Shown here in pieces: positions 4,274-5,816 of a DNA stretch of 5,816 nucleotides. The stretch lies in the IMG/VR virus record IMGVR_UViG_2671180695_000012. One strand, 5' to 3'. Positions within the stretch are counted from its first letter, which is position 1. Every line of letters starts with the position of its first letter. A program made the position numbers and the translations under genes. This stretch comes from a virus. Its lineage: Duplodnaviria > Heunggongvirae > Uroviricota > Caudoviricetes. The notes under the pieces are model-generated. The model ran no database searches. It was given only the letters and a program-made list of their open reading frames with translations, and was not told the origin of the DNA.

Positions 4274-5095
4274 TTACCTAGTTACCTTTTTTAACTGCCG
4301 CTCAGCCCATGCTTCTTCAATATCAAACCGGGTCACCAGCGCATCATAGAATTTCTTAACTGTTTTTTCCCATGACGCGCGTGTTATCTGGTTTGTCACC
4401 TCGCATATAGCATTAAATGCCTCCGTTGATGGTAGTCTTTCATAGCCACGACCACCACAACGCTGGCAGTCTCTGATAACAGGCATACCACGTTTTACCG
4501 ACTCTTCACGATGAATGGCGACACCACGCCCACGGCAATCCTTACAGGCGGTGGAAACCTCACCCTTTCCGCCACACTCCGGACAGGCAACTTTTACCAC
4601 CTCCCTGACTTTTTTCCATTCTTCCCAGTAAGACGGATACACACCTTTCGTACACTTTGCCCATACCGGCGGCTTACCATCCGGATACTGGACCTTGTTT
4701 GTAAAAACTACGCTTTCAATAAATTTTTCCCCATAGCAACAAGGGCACTGCTTTTTACTCGCTGCGCTGCGGGCATAATCCTCAAAAGCGTACGAAGCCA
4801 TAATGCGCATCACTAACGGTTTTATTTCTGCCGGAAGTTTTCTCAACGCCGCCACACGATCGCACCGACTGAGTGCATAATCTGCCAGTAATTCTGTTGC
4901 CCGCGCCCTGTCATTCATACTGATGCCCATTTTCCCCAGGAACGCAGAAAACCCCATCTCAGCCCGATTCTGTGTCATGCCCTGCGCGGCCATCACATCA
5001 GTGATACTCAGCGCATCTTTTGACGTTGAGGCCGATGCATCGGTCAGGCCAGGGGATTTTGGGGAGTAGTATTTCGGTAAATCTTCCAGTTTCAT
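4274..5095 (-). CDS. Q: lambda-family late-gene antiterminator Q, with an expanded Cys-rich (CxxC) region
   Basis: 273 aa. The N-terminus KYYSPKSPGL...ITDVMAAQGM and the C-terminus TVKKFYDALV...KVTR align with recalled lambda Q (KFHSPKSPMM...GTDVMAAMGM...TVKPLYDALV...AVTR). It contains four CxxC motifs where lambda Q has two. The start overlaps the rusA stop (ATGA). Confidence 0.85.
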   Translation of the reverse strand: MKLEDLPKYYSPKSPGLTDASASTSKDALSITDVMAAQGMTQNRAEMGFSAFLGKMGISMNDRARATELLADYALSRCDRVAALRKLPAEIKPLVMRIMASYAFEDYARSAASKKQCPCCYGEKFIESVVFTNKVQYPDGKPPVWAKCTKGVYPSYWEEWKKVREVVKVACPECGGKGEVSTACKDCRGRGVAIHREESVKRGMPVIRDCQRCGGRGYERLPSTEAFNAICEVTNQITRASWEKTVKKFYDALVTRFDIEEAWAERQLKKVTR

Positions 5096-5466
5096 TTTTT
5101 GACCTGCTCTTCATGCATTATGGGGTAAATCTTCACCCCCATACGTCCACCAGATACTGGCTGACCACGAACGATATTGATTTCATCAAACTGCTCATCG
5201 TCCATTAACACTCCCGCATGCGTCAGCGCATCCAGCGGTGCTTTCAGGATATTGTCCAGGTCGCGACGACGCTTATCCGGTGGCTCTGCAATCACCTTTA
5301 TCGCCAGCCTTCCGGACAGGCTTAATTTCAGCCGCTGCTGGCGAACAATAAGCGCCACAGCCCGGCGATAACGCTTTCCCTCCTCCGAGATAAAATATGT
5401 GCTGCCACGGCGTCGCCAGTAAGTGTTCACCGTCGGCGGGTAAGGTAAAACCAAATCTATGAGCAT
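5092..5466 (-). CDS. rusA: crossover junction endodeoxyribonuclease RusA (Holliday junction resolvase)
   Basis: 124 aa with Shine-Dalgarno AGAGGTGA. LPYPPTVNTYWRRRG...PDKRRRDLDNILKAPLDALTHAGVLMDDEQ matches the RusA family, including the DxxN/DD catalytic acidic residues (compare recalled E. coli RusA LPWPPSNNRYY...[30 protein letters not shown]). Confidence 0.9.
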   Translation of the reverse strand: MLIDLVLPYPPTVNTYWRRRGSTYFISEEGKRYRRAVALIVRQQRLKLSLSGRLAIKVIAEPPDKRRRDLDNILKAPLDALTHAGVLMDDEQFDEINIVRGQPVSGGRMGVKIYPIMHEEQVKK

Positions 5467-5478
5467 CAGTCACCTCTT

Positions 5479-5769
5479 TTACCCAAGCACGCCAGTTGCA
5501 AAGGCGTGATCAAGAAAACGAAAAATTAAATCAACCTGAGAACCATGCTTTTCTTCGAACGCCAGCGGATCCGCATGAAGCTCGTTGTGATGCTCCCGAC
5601 ACAGCGGTAGCGTGAAAATATCGTGAGATTTTGTCCCCATTCCGCCCTGACCATGACCAATCAGGTGATGGGGATCGTCGGCTGGCTTACCACAACACGC
5701 ACACGGCTGTGTCTTCACCCAGCGTGTGTATTTCTCGTTAACCCAGCGGCGACGTTTAGGTCGTTTCAT
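5479..5769 (-). CDS. YbcO-like small protein (DUF1364-type), Cys/His-rich putative metal-binding nuclease-like protein
   Basis: 96 aa from the ATG at 5769 (MKRPKRRRW...); the ORF track extends to a GTG at 5811, so the start is uncertain. It contains CACCGKP...HHLIGHGQGGMGTKSHD...LPLCREHHNELH, consistent with the family that precedes rusA in DLP12-like nin regions. The family name is from memory. Confidence 0.5.
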   Translation of the reverse strand: MKRPKRRRWVNEKYTRWVKTQPCACCGKPADDPHHLIGHGQGGMGTKSHDIFTLPLCREHHNELHADPLAFEEKHGSQVDLIFRFLDHAFATGVLG

Positions 5770-5816
5770 GAAAGATTCCGGAGACTCAGGATCAACGGCA
5801 ATGCTGACCACCGTCT

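Noticed and set aside
4511-4816. Plus-strand ORF of 101 aa
   Set aside because: It is antisense to the Q gene, whose identity is strongly supported.
5020-5473. Plus-strand ORFs (62 aa, 64 aa) and a minus-strand alternative-frame ORF (66 aa)
   Set aside because: They are antisense or out of frame relative to rusA and Q, which have clear family motifs and ribosome-binding sites.

Overview
This window is the late-regulatory, lysis and packaging-junction segment of a lambdoid (lambda/21/Qin-like) enterobacterial prophage, with every supported gene on the minus strand. Reading right to left: a YbcO-like small protein, the RusA resolvase, a lambda-type Q antiterminator carrying an extra Cys-rich insertion, a pR'-like promoter with a conserved AACGAT pause element and a tR'-like terminator, a tightly packed array of four tRNA-like genes (Ile-CAU-like, an atypical Lys-UUU-like species, Thr-UGU, Gly-UCC), a second terminator, two inverted-repeat hairpins, a phage-21-type pinholin S, a DUF1327-like protein, a SAR endolysin, a ~700 bp gap with no convincing large gene, the Rz/Rz1 spanins, a KilA-N-like ORF, a lambda-like cos site with an IHF-consensus match, and a short Nu1-like protein. 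No stx genes, CRISPR array or transposase are present. The most interesting items are the atypical tRNA, the Q insertion, and the small hydrophobic ORFs inside the endolysin-spanin gap. All homology statements come from my own reading and from recalled reference sequences (lambda Q, Rz, Rz1, cos and pR'; phage 21 S; E. coli glyT and ileX); no database search or folding program was run.
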